A DNA stretch of 64,000 nucleotides from Elusimicrobiales bacterium (GTDB taxonomy: Bacteria > Elusimicrobiota > Elusimicrobia > Elusimicrobiales > UBA9959): positions 1 through 64,000 of the forward strand of contig JBMFKQ010000003.1 of assembly GCA_049972095.1 (NCBI GenBank), written 5' to 3'. The notes under the pieces are model-generated. The model worked only from the letters and a program-made list of their open reading frames with translations, made no database searches and was not told the DNA's origin. Below, piece by piece: positions 10,951 through 20,962 of this stretch (position 1 is its first letter; each line of letters begins with the position of its first letter). The position numbers were made by a program, and so were the translations under genes.

Positions 10951-12957
10951 ATGGAAGGATTTCTTTTCTATATATTTTTTATCTTTGCTGATCTTTTTGC
11001 ATCTGAGGATCTTTCAAGCATATATCTGCAAGGTGTAAAACAGTGGCTTGATGGAAGGATAGATGATGCTATAGGAAGTTTTGAATATGTTGTTCACAAC
11101 TCAACAGATAATACCCTTATACTTAAAGCAGGAAAAGATTTGATAACCCTTCTTAACTCAAAAGCTGAAAGTTCTCTCGCTCTTGCATATTCGCAAAAGC
11201 TTGAGGCTATAAACAGCACTGATTCTTATATTCTTTTTGAAAAGGCATATTCTCAGATGATTATCGGTGATTATGTAAAAGCAGAAAAAACATTTGATGA
11301 TATAATGACAACTACAGATGATGAAGATGTTATATATGTTTCTCGCTTTTTTAACTCAATTGTAAAATCAAAACTATCAGGTTATGAAAAAGCGATTTCA
11401 GAGCTTATCGGTGTTTTGAAAAACTACAAACCCCTTCTTGCTCCATCATCGTATCTTTTATCTATTTATTATCTTCCTTATAGAAAAATGGCTTCTATCA
11501 ATTTTCTAAAAGACTTGCTAACATATGATCCTAAAAACATTCAGGGGTTGATAGATCTCGCTGAATTATACAAGGATACAAAATACTATTTACAGGCATG
11601 GCAAGCATACTACACCCTTAGAGAAATAGAGGGGACAGACTCTTATGCGGATAGTAAGGCAAAGAAACTTATTAAAAAAATAGATAAGGACCCAAATGAT
11701 CTTTTCTTCTGGTCAAGAATTGCATGGCCTGTTCATGAAAAGCCATTATCAACAATATCTCTTACTCCGATAAGAATAGCCATATATGCAAATAAAAAGA
11801 AACACTATCCCCTTTTATCCTTTTACATCATATCTAACTCTGATTTTGAGATAAGAGATGCAACCGCAAGAAGATTTCAGGGCAAAAGAAATATGCAGTA
11901 TCAAATTATTTATCTTCCAGAAATAAGACAACTTGATATTAGGGATAACTATTCATCAGTGCTTTTTAGCACAAGAAAAAACATTGAGGTAAAACCAAAT
12001 CTCACCGGAGGTGTTATTCTTATAAAATCACCGCAAATAAAACAGGATCTCACAGGAGTGAATAGAGGAGATAGGGAGTTGTCAGGGAATTTGAGTGTAG
12101 ATGTTTCTTCTGATGGTATGAGAATTATAAATCAAACATATATTGAGCACATACTTCCTTCAATCGTTCAAGGTTTACCAGGGCCAAAAAGAGATGATGA
12201 GGCGATAAAATCCCTTATCATTACTATAAGAACAATGCTTTTAAGAAGATTGAATAGCTCGTTAGATTATGATATAACTGATGGGGATGAGTTGATTGAA
12301 TTTAAAGGGCTCCAGTTTGAAAAAGAATCGGTTATAAAGCTTGCTGAAGAAACAAAAAACATTGTTTTGAAAAAAGGCTCTCAGCTCTATCCCGCATCGT
12401 ATTCTCTCAATACTGCAAATATAATCAACTCAGTCCCACATCCTTCATCATCATTCCCTCAGCTTCTTTCTCCATCATCGCTTGATGAATGGCTTTTTTT
12501 TAAAATTTTAAAAAAAACATCATATTCCACCCCTCTCGATCCACTTGAGTTATCAACTATATCATGGATGCTTATATTAAAGCCATACTGGATAGAAGAA
12601 AGAATAAATACAAAATATAGAATAGGGAAAATAAAAAACATAGTTGTTCTTAAAAGAGATAGTATAGGGAAAGTGATATCTATAAAGATCGAGGGCAGTG
12701 CTGGTGATGCTATTATAGAGGGCGAAAGGGAGGTAAATCACTATATTGCAGCAGGCACAATTAGATCCAACCTTTTTACTATAAGACAGGTAAGAAAGAA
12801 TAATTTTCCTGAATTTTTTATACTTAAAGGAATAGGCACAGGAAGTTTTTCTGGACTTTGTATTTATGGAGCAGATTATCTTGCAAGAAATATGAACTGG
12901 AAGTATAAAGAGATACTAAAGTATTATTTTCCTGATGCAGAGATATCCTATAAATGA
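10951..12957 (+). CDS. Secreted TPR-like repeat protein with a degenerate SpoIID/LytB C-terminal domain
   Basis: Signal-like N-terminus; helical repeats (e.g. PKNIQGLIDLAELY); C-terminal KGIGTGSFSGLCIYGA..YKEILKYYFP parallels the SpoIID C-terminus of 6740-7882. Confidence 0.75.
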   Translation: MEGFLFYIFFIFADLFASEDLSSIYLQGVKQWLDGRIDDAIGSFEYVVHNSTDNTLILKAGKDLITLLNSKAESSLALAYSQKLEAINSTDSYILFEKAYSQMIIGDYVKAEKTFDDIMTTTDDEDVIYVSRFFNSIVKSKLSGYEKAISELIGVLKNYKPLLAPSSYLLSIYYLPYRKMASINFLKDLLTYDPKNIQGLIDLAELYKDTKYYLQAWQAYYTLREIEGTDSYADSKAKKLIKKIDKDPNDLFFWSRIAWPVHEKPLSTISLTPIRIAIYANKKKHYPLLSFYIISNSDFEIRDATARRFQGKRNMQYQIIYLPEIRQLDIRDNYSSVLFSTRKNIEVKPNLTGGVILIKSPQIKQDLTGVNRGDRELSGNLSVDVSSDGMRIINQTYIEHILPSIVQGLPGPKRDDEAIKSLIITIRTMLLRRLNSSLDYDITDGDELIEFKGLQFEKESVIKLAEETKNIVLKKGSQLYPASYSLNTANIINSVPHPSSSFPQLLSPSSLDEWLFFKILKKTSYSTPLDPLELSTISWMLILKPYWIEERINTKYRIGKIKNIVVLKRDSIGKVISIKIEGSAGDAIIEGEREVNHYIAAGTIRSNLFTIRQVRKNNFPEFFILKGIGTGSFSGLCIYGADYLARNMNWKYKEILKYYFPDAEISYK

Positions 12958-14105
12958 AAAAGATAAAGATAATACATATAATAACAAAACTTGAACTTGG
13001 TGGTGCTCAACAGAATACTCTCTACACAGTAGAGAATCTAAACAAAGAGATATTTGAGGCACTGCTTCTGTGTGGAAAAGGTGGAATACTTGATGAGATG
13101 GCTTCTAAAAATCTGAAGGGAAAAATTAACTTTATTAAAAATCTTGTAAGGGAAGTTTCTCCTCTAAATGATCTTATTGCACTTTTGAGGTTAATAAAGA
13201 TTCTTAAAAAAGAAAAACCAAGCATAATTCATACACACTCATCAAAAGCAGGCATACTTGGAAGAATTGCTGGTTTTTTATCAGGTGTGCCTATCATAAT
13301 ACATACATATCATGGATTTGGTTTTAATGAGCATCAGAATTTTCTTGTAAGAAATTTTTATATTTTTCTTGAAAAAGTTGTTTCTCTACTAACAGATGTT
13401 CTAATATTTGTTTCAAGAGCAAATATTGAAACTGCAAAGAGATACAGAATAGGGAGTAAAGCAAAATATATAATCATAAGAAGTGGGATAAAACTTTCAA
13501 ACTTTTCAAAGGAAAAAGACAAAAGATTTGCTGCCAAAATCTTTCCAAAAATAACTCAAAGCTCAAAAGTCATTGTAAGTGTTGGAAACTTGAAACCCCA
13601 AAAAAACCCTTGTGATTTTATAAAAATAGCATCAGAGGTTATTAGATCTCAAAGAGATGTGTATTTTATATATGCCGGTGGCGGAAGTGAAGAAGAAATG
13701 ATATATTACAGAAAGATAATAGAAGAAAATAATATATCCGATAGATGTATAATAACCGGCTGGATAAGTGATATACATCAGGTCTACAGATCAGCAGATA
13801 TTTTTCTTTTAACCTCTTTATGGGAAGGACTCCCAAGAAGTCTCATAGAAGCTGTTGCAAGTGGAAGTGTTCCTGTGTGTTATGAGACTGATGGTGTGAA
13901 GGATATAATAAAAGATGGAGAGAATGGTTTTCTTATAAATAAATTTGATTGGATCAATGCAGCAGAAAGGATAAAAAATCTGTGTGATGACGAATTACTA
14001 TATGAAGGTATGAAGAAGAATATAGAGCTTATTGATCTTCATGAGTTTGATATAGATTTTATGGTAAAACAGCAGGAAACTCTTTATCTTGATTTATTAA
14101 AATAA
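12954..14105 (+). CDS. Glycosyltransferase family 4
   Basis: HIITKLELGGAQ, HTHSSKAG, HTYHG, SLWEGLPRSLIEA (EX7E motif). Confidence 0.92.
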   Translation: MKKIKIIHIITKLELGGAQQNTLYTVENLNKEIFEALLLCGKGGILDEMASKNLKGKINFIKNLVREVSPLNDLIALLRLIKILKKEKPSIIHTHSSKAGILGRIAGFLSGVPIIIHTYHGFGFNEHQNFLVRNFYIFLEKVVSLLTDVLIFVSRANIETAKRYRIGSKAKYIIIRSGIKLSNFSKEKDKRFAAKIFPKITQSSKVIVSVGNLKPQKNPCDFIKIASEVIRSQRDVYFIYAGGGSEEEMIYYRKIIEENNISDRCIITGWISDIHQVYRSADIFLLTSLWEGLPRSLIEAVASGSVPVCYETDGVKDIIKDGENGFLINKFDWINAAERIKNLCDDELLYEGMKKNIELIDLHEFDIDFMVKQQETLYLDLLK

Positions 14106-14110
14106 TATTT

Positions 14111-15043
14111 ATGGAAGAAAAACTCAGTATAATTATTCCTGTATATAACGAAAGTGAAAATATAAAGCCACTTTTTGAAGAGATAAAAGATGCCATTCAA
14201 AACTTTGAGGTGATATTTGTAGATGATGGAAGCACGGATGAAACATGGCAAAGAATAAAAGAGTTATCTTATCACGATCCAAGAGTAAAAGGCGTAAGAC
14301 TCAGCCGCAACTTTGGGCAGACTCAGGCAATAAAAGCAGGTATAAACGAGGCTTCTTCACATATAATTATAACAATGGACGGAGACATGCAGAATGACCC
14401 TTGTGACATTCCACATCTTTTAAAAAAGATGGAGGAGGGTTTTGATGTTGTAAGTGGATGGAGAAAAAACAGGAAAGACCCTTTTCTAACAAGAATACTT
14501 CCATCAAAGATTGCTAACATTCTCATATCCTTTGTAACAGGAATAAAACTTAAAGACTATGGCTGCACACTAAAAGTTTACAAGAAAGAATATCTTGAAA
14601 AGATTGAGGTTTATGGGGAGATGCACAGATTTATGCCGGCACTTTGTCATTATCTTGGGGCAAGAATAGCTGAAATAGAGGTAAATCACAGACCAAGAAT
14701 CCGCTCAAGTTCCAAATATGGCTTTGGAAGAACATTTAAGGTTTTATTTGATCTAATAATGGTTAGATTCTTTGGTGGAATGATAAACAAACCTATATAT
14801 CTTTTTGGCGGTGTGTCTTTTTTTCTCTTTAGCATCTCTATAATATTCTTTTTGATTACGCTTTACAATAAATGGTATAATCATATTTTTGTGAAGGATC
14901 AACCACTTTTTTTAGTTGCTATATTTATAAGCCTTGTGGCTGTTGAGATGATGATGATAGGAATTATAGCAGAGATACTAACAAGAGTATACTACAGGGA
15001 TAAGGTTGAATATATAGTAAAGGAAAAAACATATGAAAAATAA
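14111..15043 (+). CDS. Glycosyltransferase family 2 (ArnC/GtrB-like polyprenyl-phosphate glycosyltransferase)
   Basis: IIPVYNE, VDDGSTD, RNFGQ, MDGDMQNDP, HRFMP; two C-terminal TM helices. Confidence 0.9.
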   Translation: MEEKLSIIIPVYNESENIKPLFEEIKDAIQNFEVIFVDDGSTDETWQRIKELSYHDPRVKGVRLSRNFGQTQAIKAGINEASSHIIITMDGDMQNDPCDIPHLLKKMEEGFDVVSGWRKNRKDPFLTRILPSKIANILISFVTGIKLKDYGCTLKVYKKEYLEKIEVYGEMHRFMPALCHYLGARIAEIEVNHRPRIRSSSKYGFGRTFKVLFDLIMVRFFGGMINKPIYLFGGVSFFLFSISIIFFLITLYNKWYNHIFVKDQPLFLVAIFISLVAVEMMMIGIIAEILTRVYYRDKVEYIVKEKTYEK

Positions 15044-15422
15044 ACATATAGCCATTGAGTTGAGTATTGATGATATAAAGAAAGAAAAGGAATTTAGATA
15101 TTTACAAGAGATAGATCCACATTGGTTTGATGATTGCTCATCAGAGTTTTATAGAATAACTTATGCTTATGGAGATCTTAAGTTAATGCTTGAAACATCA
15201 TCTATTTTTATATCAGGTAAATTCAGTTTCACAGCAAGACACACATGTTCAAGATGTGGAGATGAGTTTGAAGAGAATATAACAGAAGATATTTATGAGC
15301 TGTGCAAGCCTAATAGCTCTGGAATGATTGATGTTTTTCCTGTTTTGAGAGAATTGGTTGTAATAAATGAGCCGATAAAGATTCTGTGTCATTCATGCAG
15401 AGCTAAAGATAAAAAGGAGTGA
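15033..15422 (+). CDS. YceD/DUF177 family protein
   Basis: CSRC and C-terminal PIKILCHSC; located directly upstream of rpmF. Confidence 0.75.
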   Translation: MKNKHIAIELSIDDIKKEKEFRYLQEIDPHWFDDCSSEFYRITYAYGDLKLMLETSSIFISGKFSFTARHTCSRCGDEFEENITEDIYELCKPNSSGMIDVFPVLRELVVINEPIKILCHSCRAKDKKE

Positions 15423-15424
15423 AT

Positions 15425-15631
15425 ATGCCAAATCCAAAAAGAAAACACACAAGATCAAGAAGGGACAAAAGAAGATACCAAGCATGGAAGCTTGATATAA
15501 CAAATCTTTCTGTGTGCGCGAACTGTGGAGCACTTAAAAGAACACATATGGTCTGTCCTCAATGCGGATACTATAAAGGGAAACTTGTTATACCTAAAAA
15601 AGACAATGAAAAGAAAACTAAGGAAAGATAA
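15425..15631 (+). CDS. rpmF: 50S ribosomal protein L32 (zinc-binding type)
   Basis: MPNPKRKHTRSRRDKRR; CANC..H.VCPQCGYYKG; SD AAGGAG. Confidence 0.96.
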   Translation: MPNPKRKHTRSRRDKRRYQAWKLDITNLSVCANCGALKRTHMVCPQCGYYKGKLVIPKKDNEKKTKER

Positions 15632-15635
15632 ACCT

Positions 15636-16658
15636 ATGAAAATAGCACTTGATGCACATGGTGGAGATTTCGGTGTGGAGCCAAATATTAAGGCTGCAAT
15701 AAAGGCGGTGTCCGAGGGTGAGGTAGAGCTTATTCTTGTTGGAAGGGATGAGGAGATAAAGAAAGAATTGAAAAAACTTGGTTATTCCTCCCTTCCACAT
15801 GGGCTTTCAATAACTCATGCTTCGGATATTATAGAAATGGGTAGAGAGCCAGTTGATGAATGTAAAAGCAAACCAAACTCATCAATAATGGTTGGATGTG
15901 AGTTGGTTTCAGAAGGTCTTGCTAATGCATTTATATCAGCAGGAAACTCTGGTGCAGTTATGGTAGCTTCACTTTTGAAGATTAAAAGGATAAAAGGGAT
16001 CTCAAGACCAGCAATAGCTATTCCTTTTCCTACAAAAAAAGGCACATCCATAATACTGGATGTTGGAGCAAATACAGATGTCAAACCATTCAATCTTGTT
16101 CAATTTGCATTAATGGGAAGCGTTTTTTACAAAAATATATTTGAGAACAATAATCCAACTGTTGGAATACTATCAATTGGTGAGGAAGAAACAAAAGGCA
16201 ATTCCCTTGTTTTAGAGACATTGCCGCTTCTTAAAACTACAAAACATATAAATTTTATAGGACCTGTTGAAGGGAGGGATATACCTGAAGGAAAGGCAGA
16301 TATTGTTGTATGTGATGGTTTTGTTGGCAATATAGTGCTTAAACTTTCTGAGGGTATAGTCAAATTCATTAAGGACTTTTTATGTACAGAAATATCAAAA
16401 AGTCTTATGAGAAGGATAGGGGCCCTTCTTCTTAAGAATGTTTTCAAAGGTTTCAAAAACATAACGGATCCTGAAAGATTTGGAGGTGCTCTGTTGCTTG
16501 GTGTAGATGGAGTGATTATGGTATCTCATGGCAACTCATCAGATAGAGCAATATACAATGCCATTATGAGAGCAAGGGATGCTGTTGAAAGGGATATAAT
16601 AACAAAGATAAAGTCTGACCTTCAAGATATAATTGAAAATGCAGAAGAAAAAAACTGA
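15636..16658 (+). CDS. plsX: Phosphate acyltransferase PlsX
   Basis: MKIALDAHGGD, SAGNSGA, RPAIA, DVGAN, GEEETKG, VCDGFVGN; start placed at ATG 15636. Confidence 0.96.
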   Translation: MKIALDAHGGDFGVEPNIKAAIKAVSEGEVELILVGRDEEIKKELKKLGYSSLPHGLSITHASDIIEMGREPVDECKSKPNSSIMVGCELVSEGLANAFISAGNSGAVMVASLLKIKRIKGISRPAIAIPFPTKKGTSIILDVGANTDVKPFNLVQFALMGSVFYKNIFENNNPTVGILSIGEEETKGNSLVLETLPLLKTTKHINFIGPVEGRDIPEGKADIVVCDGFVGNIVLKLSEGIVKFIKDFLCTEISKSLMRRIGALLLKNVFKGFKNITDPERFGGALLLGVDGVIMVSHGNSSDRAIYNAIMRARDAVERDIITKIKSDLQDIIENAEEKN

Positions 16659-16673
16659 TATTAAGGAGTAAAA

Positions 16674-17414
16674 ATGCTCTCTTTTAAAGAAAAAACAGTT
16701 CTTATAACGGGAGCAGCAGATGGAATAGGCAAAAGAACAGCTGAGATTTTTTGTGAACTTGAAGCTAATCTTGTGTTAATGGATGTGGATCCAAAGGTGA
16801 GGGAGGTTGTTGAGAGGCTTAGAGAAAAAAACTCAAAAGTATTTTACTTTCAGGGAGATGTCTCTGTTGAAGATGACTGCAAGAGCTTTATTGAGTTCGC
16901 AGTTAAAAATACAGGAAGAATAGATGTTCTTATCAATAATGCTGGCATAACATGTGATAACCTTGTGATAAGAATGAGCAAAGAAGAATTTTCAAAAGTT
17001 ATTGATATAAATCTTAAAGGACCTTTCTACCTTTCAAAATATGCCTTTATACATATGTCAAAGAACAGATATGGAAGGATAATAAATATATCATCAATAG
17101 TTGGTTTAACGGGACAGGCAGGACAAGCAAACTATGCATCATCAAAGGCAGGGCTTATAGGACTTACAAAATCTCTTGCAAGGGAGTTTTCAAAAAGGGG
17201 AATAACGGTAAATGCAGTTGCACCAGGATTTATAGAAACATCGATGACTGCAAAACTTGATGAAAAGACCAAACAGAGAATAATAGATCAGATACCTCTT
17301 CAAAGACTTGGAAGATGCGATGATGTTGCATGGGCTGTTGTGTTTCTTGCCTCGGAGTTAGCATCATATATAACAGGACAGGTTATATCTGTAAACGGTG
17401 GTCTTTATATGTAA
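16674..17414 (+). CDS. fabG: 3-oxoacyl-ACP reductase
   Basis: TGAADGIG, NNAGIT, GQANYASSK, APGFIET, VNGG; adjacent to acpP. Confidence 0.93.
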   Translation: MLSFKEKTVLITGAADGIGKRTAEIFCELEANLVLMDVDPKVREVVERLREKNSKVFYFQGDVSVEDDCKSFIEFAVKNTGRIDVLINNAGITCDNLVIRMSKEEFSKVIDINLKGPFYLSKYAFIHMSKNRYGRIINISSIVGLTGQAGQANYASSKAGLIGLTKSLAREFSKRGITVNAVAPGFIETSMTAKLDEKTKQRIIDQIPLQRLGRCDDVAWAVVFLASELASYITGQVISVNGGLYM

Positions 17415-17454
17415 TTTTTTTTGTATAATATTTAAATCTAAGAGGAGGAGTTAA

Positions 17455-17709
17455 ATGGCAATGACAAGAGATGAAATACTTAAAGAACTAACCAAGTTAA
17501 TAGCTGACTCACTAAGGATTGAAATCGATGAGATAAAAGAAGACTCAAAGTTTATTGATGATCTTGGTGCAGATTCACTTGATATAGCCGAGCTTATAAT
17601 GGCAATGGAAACAAGATTTGATATAGAAATACCTGATGAGGATGCACAAAAGATAAAAACAGTTGGAGATGCGGTGGATTATCTGGTTTCAAGGACATCT
17701 TCAAAGTAA
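17455..17709 (+). CDS. acpP: Acyl carrier protein
   Basis: DLGADSLD phosphopantetheine motif, EIPDEDA; strong SD GGAGG. Confidence 0.96.
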   Translation: MAMTRDEILKELTKLIADSLRIEIDEIKEDSKFIDDLGADSLDIAELIMAMETRFDIEIPDEDAQKIKTVGDAVDYLVSRTSSK

Positions 17710-18383
17710 TGTTTCAAGATCCGGCTGAACTTGAAGAAAAGCTTGGTTATCATTTTATAAATCAGAAATACCTAAACAAGGCATTAACACACCGTTCCTA
17801 TGCAGCAGAGAGAAAACTCAATTACAGTAATGAAAGGCTTGAGTTTCTTGGAGACAGCGTTATAAACCTTATAGTAACTGAGTATCTAGTAGAAAAGTTT
17901 CCAGATAAAACGGAAGGATACCTATCAAAGATAAAATCACACTTAGTATCGTCAAAAAACCTATACAGATGGGCAAAGAGGGTAAATCTTGAAAACTATG
18001 TCAAGATCTCTATTGCTGAAATGAAAAGTGGTGGCAGAGAAAAACCACAGATATTGGCAAACACATTTGAGGCAATTATAGCAGCACTATATCTTGATGG
18101 AGGATTTGATTCAGCAAAAAGGATAATAAGAAATCTTCTTGAATGTGAAAAAGAGATAAAGATTGAAGATTATAAATCAACCCTGCAGGAATTATGTCAA
18201 AAAAAATTTAGAGTTATACCAGTTTATAAAATAATCTCAGAGGAAGGTCCCCAACATAAAAGGAGATTCAAAGTTTCTGTAGTTATAAAAGATAAAGAGG
18301 TTTCTGATGGTGAGGGTTATAGCAAAAAAGAGGCAGAAAATAACGCTGCAAAAAAGGCTCTTGCTTATATAAGGGGGTTGTGA
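17709..18383 (+). CDS. rnc: Ribonuclease III
   Basis: ALTHRS, NERLEFLGD, FEAIIAALYLD, dsRBD YKSTLQE..GPQH. Confidence 0.96.
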   Translation: MFQDPAELEEKLGYHFINQKYLNKALTHRSYAAERKLNYSNERLEFLGDSVINLIVTEYLVEKFPDKTEGYLSKIKSHLVSSKNLYRWAKRVNLENYVKISIAEMKSGGREKPQILANTFEAIIAALYLDGGFDSAKRIIRNLLECEKEIKIEDYKSTLQELCQKKFRVIPVYKIISEEGPQHKRRFKVSVVIKDKEVSDGEGYSKKEAENNAAKKALAYIRGL

Positions 18384-18384
18384 T

Positions 18385-19593
18385 ATGATATACAATGAGA
18401 TTCACAAGGAGATTGAAAAACTTTCAAAGGAGTTTGCCATAAATATATTAAAGCCTCTTTCTATGGAATATGATGAGAGAGAGGAATTCCCAACCCAGCT
18501 TAGAAGTGAATATGAAAAAACAGGACTTTTTTCGGTCTTCTATCCAACTGAATACGGCGGTGTAAGTGGAGGAATAACAGGGCTTTGTATAGCCATAGAA
18601 GAGCTATCAAGGATTGATGGCTCACTTGCGCTTTTGCCTGCTACATCAGCACTTGGCTCAATACCTCTCATACTTTATGCAAATCACCAGCAAAGAAAAG
18701 AGCTATTTTATGATCTTTCCAGTGGCAAAAAGATTGCAGCATTTGCTCTGACTGAACCAGAGGCAGGCTCTGATGCAACAGCAATAAAGACAACAGCAAA
18801 AAGGGAAGGAGATTACTATATAATAAATGGAATGAAACATTTCTGTTCATCCGGTGGAATATCTGATGTATATGTTGTCTTTGCAAAGACTGCACCTCAA
18901 AAATGCGCAAGGGGAATAAGCTGTTTTTATATTGATAAAAATACTGAAGGATTTAAGATCGGAAAGAAAGAAAAAAAACTTGGGATAAGATCAAATCCAA
19001 CTACTGAAATCTATCTTGATAATGTAAAAGTTCCTGTTAAGAATATGATAGGTCAGGAAAACCTTGGTATTTTCATCCTTCAAGATACTTTTGAATTTTC
19101 AAGGCCAGGCGTTGCGGCTCAGGCTATTGGAATAGCAGAGGGGGCTTTTGCGATGACAGTAAGATATTTAAAACAAAGAACTCAGTTTGGTCAAAGTATC
19201 GCCTCGTTTCAAGCAGTATCACATAAGCTTGCTGACATGGCAACAAAGCTTGAGGCTGCAAGGAGATTTTTATACTCAATAACCTTTGAAATGGATGAGG
19301 TTTTTATACCAGCATTTGAAAATGCTGTTAAGAATCAGACAACTGTAAGAGATGAGATAAAAAAGCTTTCAAAAAAAAGATGGAATAAATTATCAGCAAT
19401 GGTGAAACTTTTCTCTTCGGATATAGCATTTGATATAACTCAGGAGTGCATTACACTATGTGGTGGAATAGGATATATAAGAGAGTTTGGGCTTGAAAAA
19501 TTTATGAGGGATGCAAAGGTAACACAAATATATGAGGGTGCGAACAATATCCAAAGAAATGAGATAGCATCAAGCATTTTAAAGGAATACTAA
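18385..19593 (+). CDS. Acyl-CoA dehydrogenase (butyryl-CoA dehydrogenase-like)
   Basis: FALTEPEAGSD, NGMKHF, KLGIR, RTQFGQSI, GGIGY, RDAKVTQIYEG. Confidence 0.92.
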   Translation: MIYNEIHKEIEKLSKEFAINILKPLSMEYDEREEFPTQLRSEYEKTGLFSVFYPTEYGGVSGGITGLCIAIEELSRIDGSLALLPATSALGSIPLILYANHQQRKELFYDLSSGKKIAAFALTEPEAGSDATAIKTTAKREGDYYIINGMKHFCSSGGISDVYVVFAKTAPQKCARGISCFYIDKNTEGFKIGKKEKKLGIRSNPTTEIYLDNVKVPVKNMIGQENLGIFILQDTFEFSRPGVAAQAIGIAEGAFAMTVRYLKQRTQFGQSIASFQAVSHKLADMATKLEAARRFLYSITFEMDEVFIPAFENAVKNQTTVRDEIKKLSKKRWNKLSAMVKLFSSDIAFDITQECITLCGGIGYIREFGLEKFMRDAKVTQIYEGANNIQRNEIASSILKEY

Positions 19594-19630
19594 TAAAATT
19601 TATAGGAAAATCTTACGATAAAATCAAAAG

Positions 19631-19639
19631 TGATATAAT
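19631..19639 (+). promoter_or_regulatory. Extended -10 promoter of the nuo operon (probably leaderless)
   Basis: TGA-TATAAT lies 6 nt before the nuoA ATG; no SD. Confidence 0.65.
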
Positions 19640-19645
19640 ATTATT

Positions 19646-19996
19646 ATGAATTTTGTCTTTTTTATTTTAGCATTTATCCTTGTATTAGCTGTTAGCATTT
19701 CAATGGTTCTTATTTCATATCTTTTTGGTCCATCATTAAAAACAGAGATAAAAAAACAGGTTTTTGAATGTGGTATGGAACAGGCAATGCCTGTTAAAAA
19801 ATGTGTGAATATAAATTTTTATGTAATAGCTGTTATATTTCTTGCTTTTGACATAGAGATAGTTTTTCTTTATCCTTGGGTATGGGGGTTTTCATCTTTG
19901 AGTGATTGTGGCTTTTTTGCAGGGCTGATTCTTATTGGAATAATTCTCTTTACAACATTCTATATTATAAGAAGGAAGGCTCTTGAATGGGATTAG
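19646..19996 (+). CDS. nuoA: NADH-quinone oxidoreductase subunit A
   Basis: [20 protein letters not shown]. Confidence 0.95.
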   Translation: MNFVFFILAFILVLAVSISMVLISYLFGPSLKTEIKKQVFECGMEQAMPVKKCVNINFYVIAVIFLAFDIEIVFLYPWVWGFSSLSDCGFFAGLILIGIILFTTFYIIRRKALEWD

Positions 19997-20460
19997 AAAG
20001 ATTCTTTGCAGATTCATGGATAACTTCAAAGCTTGAATATGTCATAAACTGGGCAAGAAAATATTCTTTTTTTGGATATCCATTTGTTACAGCATGCTGT
20101 GGGATGGAGTATATGAGCACATTTGCATCAACATATGACATAGCAAGATTTGGTGCAGAGTTTCCGAGGTTTTCACCAAGACAGGCTGATGTCCTTTTTG
20201 TCGTTGGGACTATAAATCAAAAACTTGCCCCCGTTTTAAAAAGAGTGTATGAACAGATGCTTGAGCCAAAATGGGTGGTAGCTTTTGGCGTGTGTGCAAC
20301 AAGTGGTGGATTTTACCAGAATTATGCTGTAGTGGATGGTATAGATCGTATAATACCTGTTGATGTCTATATACCAGGATGCCCTCCAAGACCACAAGCA
20401 TTTTTAGATGCATTAATAAGACTTCAGGAAAAAGTTCAAAAAGAAAAATCTATAAAATAA
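19987..20460 (+). CDS. nuoB: NADH-quinone oxidoreductase subunit B
   Basis: [27 protein letters not shown]. Confidence 0.96.
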   Translation: MGLERFFADSWITSKLEYVINWARKYSFFGYPFVTACCGMEYMSTFASTYDIARFGAEFPRFSPRQADVLFVVGTINQKLAPVLKRVYEQMLEPKWVVAFGVCATSGGFYQNYAVVDGIDRIIPVDVYIPGCPPRPQAFLDALIRLQEKVQKEKSIK

Positions 20461-20464
20461 AGAA

Positions 20465-20962
20465 ATGACTCAGAATAAAATAATATCTGAACTGGTAGAA
20501 AGATTTAAAGAAGGTATAATTGAGATCAAAAATAATTATGCAATAGACTATCTTAGAGTTAAGAAAGATTATGTTAAGCATATTATAAAATTTCTTAAAG
20601 AAAGCAGCTTTGAATTTTTGATGGATCTTTCGGCGGTTGATTATCTTGGCTATCCTCAAAAGGAAAATACAGAAAGATTTGAGGTTGTATATAATTTGTA
20701 TTCTCTTTCAAGAAATGAAAGAATAATAGTAAAAGCACCAGTATCAGAGAATGAATCTAATATTGAAAGCATTAGTGATCTTTTTGATGCAGCAAATTGG
20801 TATGAAAGAGAGGTTTATGATATGTTTGGAATATATTTTAAAAATCACCCTGATTTAAGAAGAATTCTTATGTATGATGAGTTTGAAGGATATCCTTTAA
20901 GAAAAGACTATCCATTTAATAAAAAACAACCAAGAATAAAAATGAAAGAGGCAGAGAAGTGA
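20465..20962 (+). CDS. nuoC: NADH-quinone oxidoreductase subunit C
   Basis: ANWYEREVYDMFG, HPDLRRILM, PLRKDYP. Confidence 0.96.
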   Translation: MTQNKIISELVERFKEGIIEIKNNYAIDYLRVKKDYVKHIIKFLKESSFEFLMDLSAVDYLGYPQKENTERFEVVYNLYSLSRNERIIVKAPVSENESNIESISDLFDAANWYEREVYDMFGIYFKNHPDLRRILMYDEFEGYPLRKDYPFNKKQPRIKMKEAEK

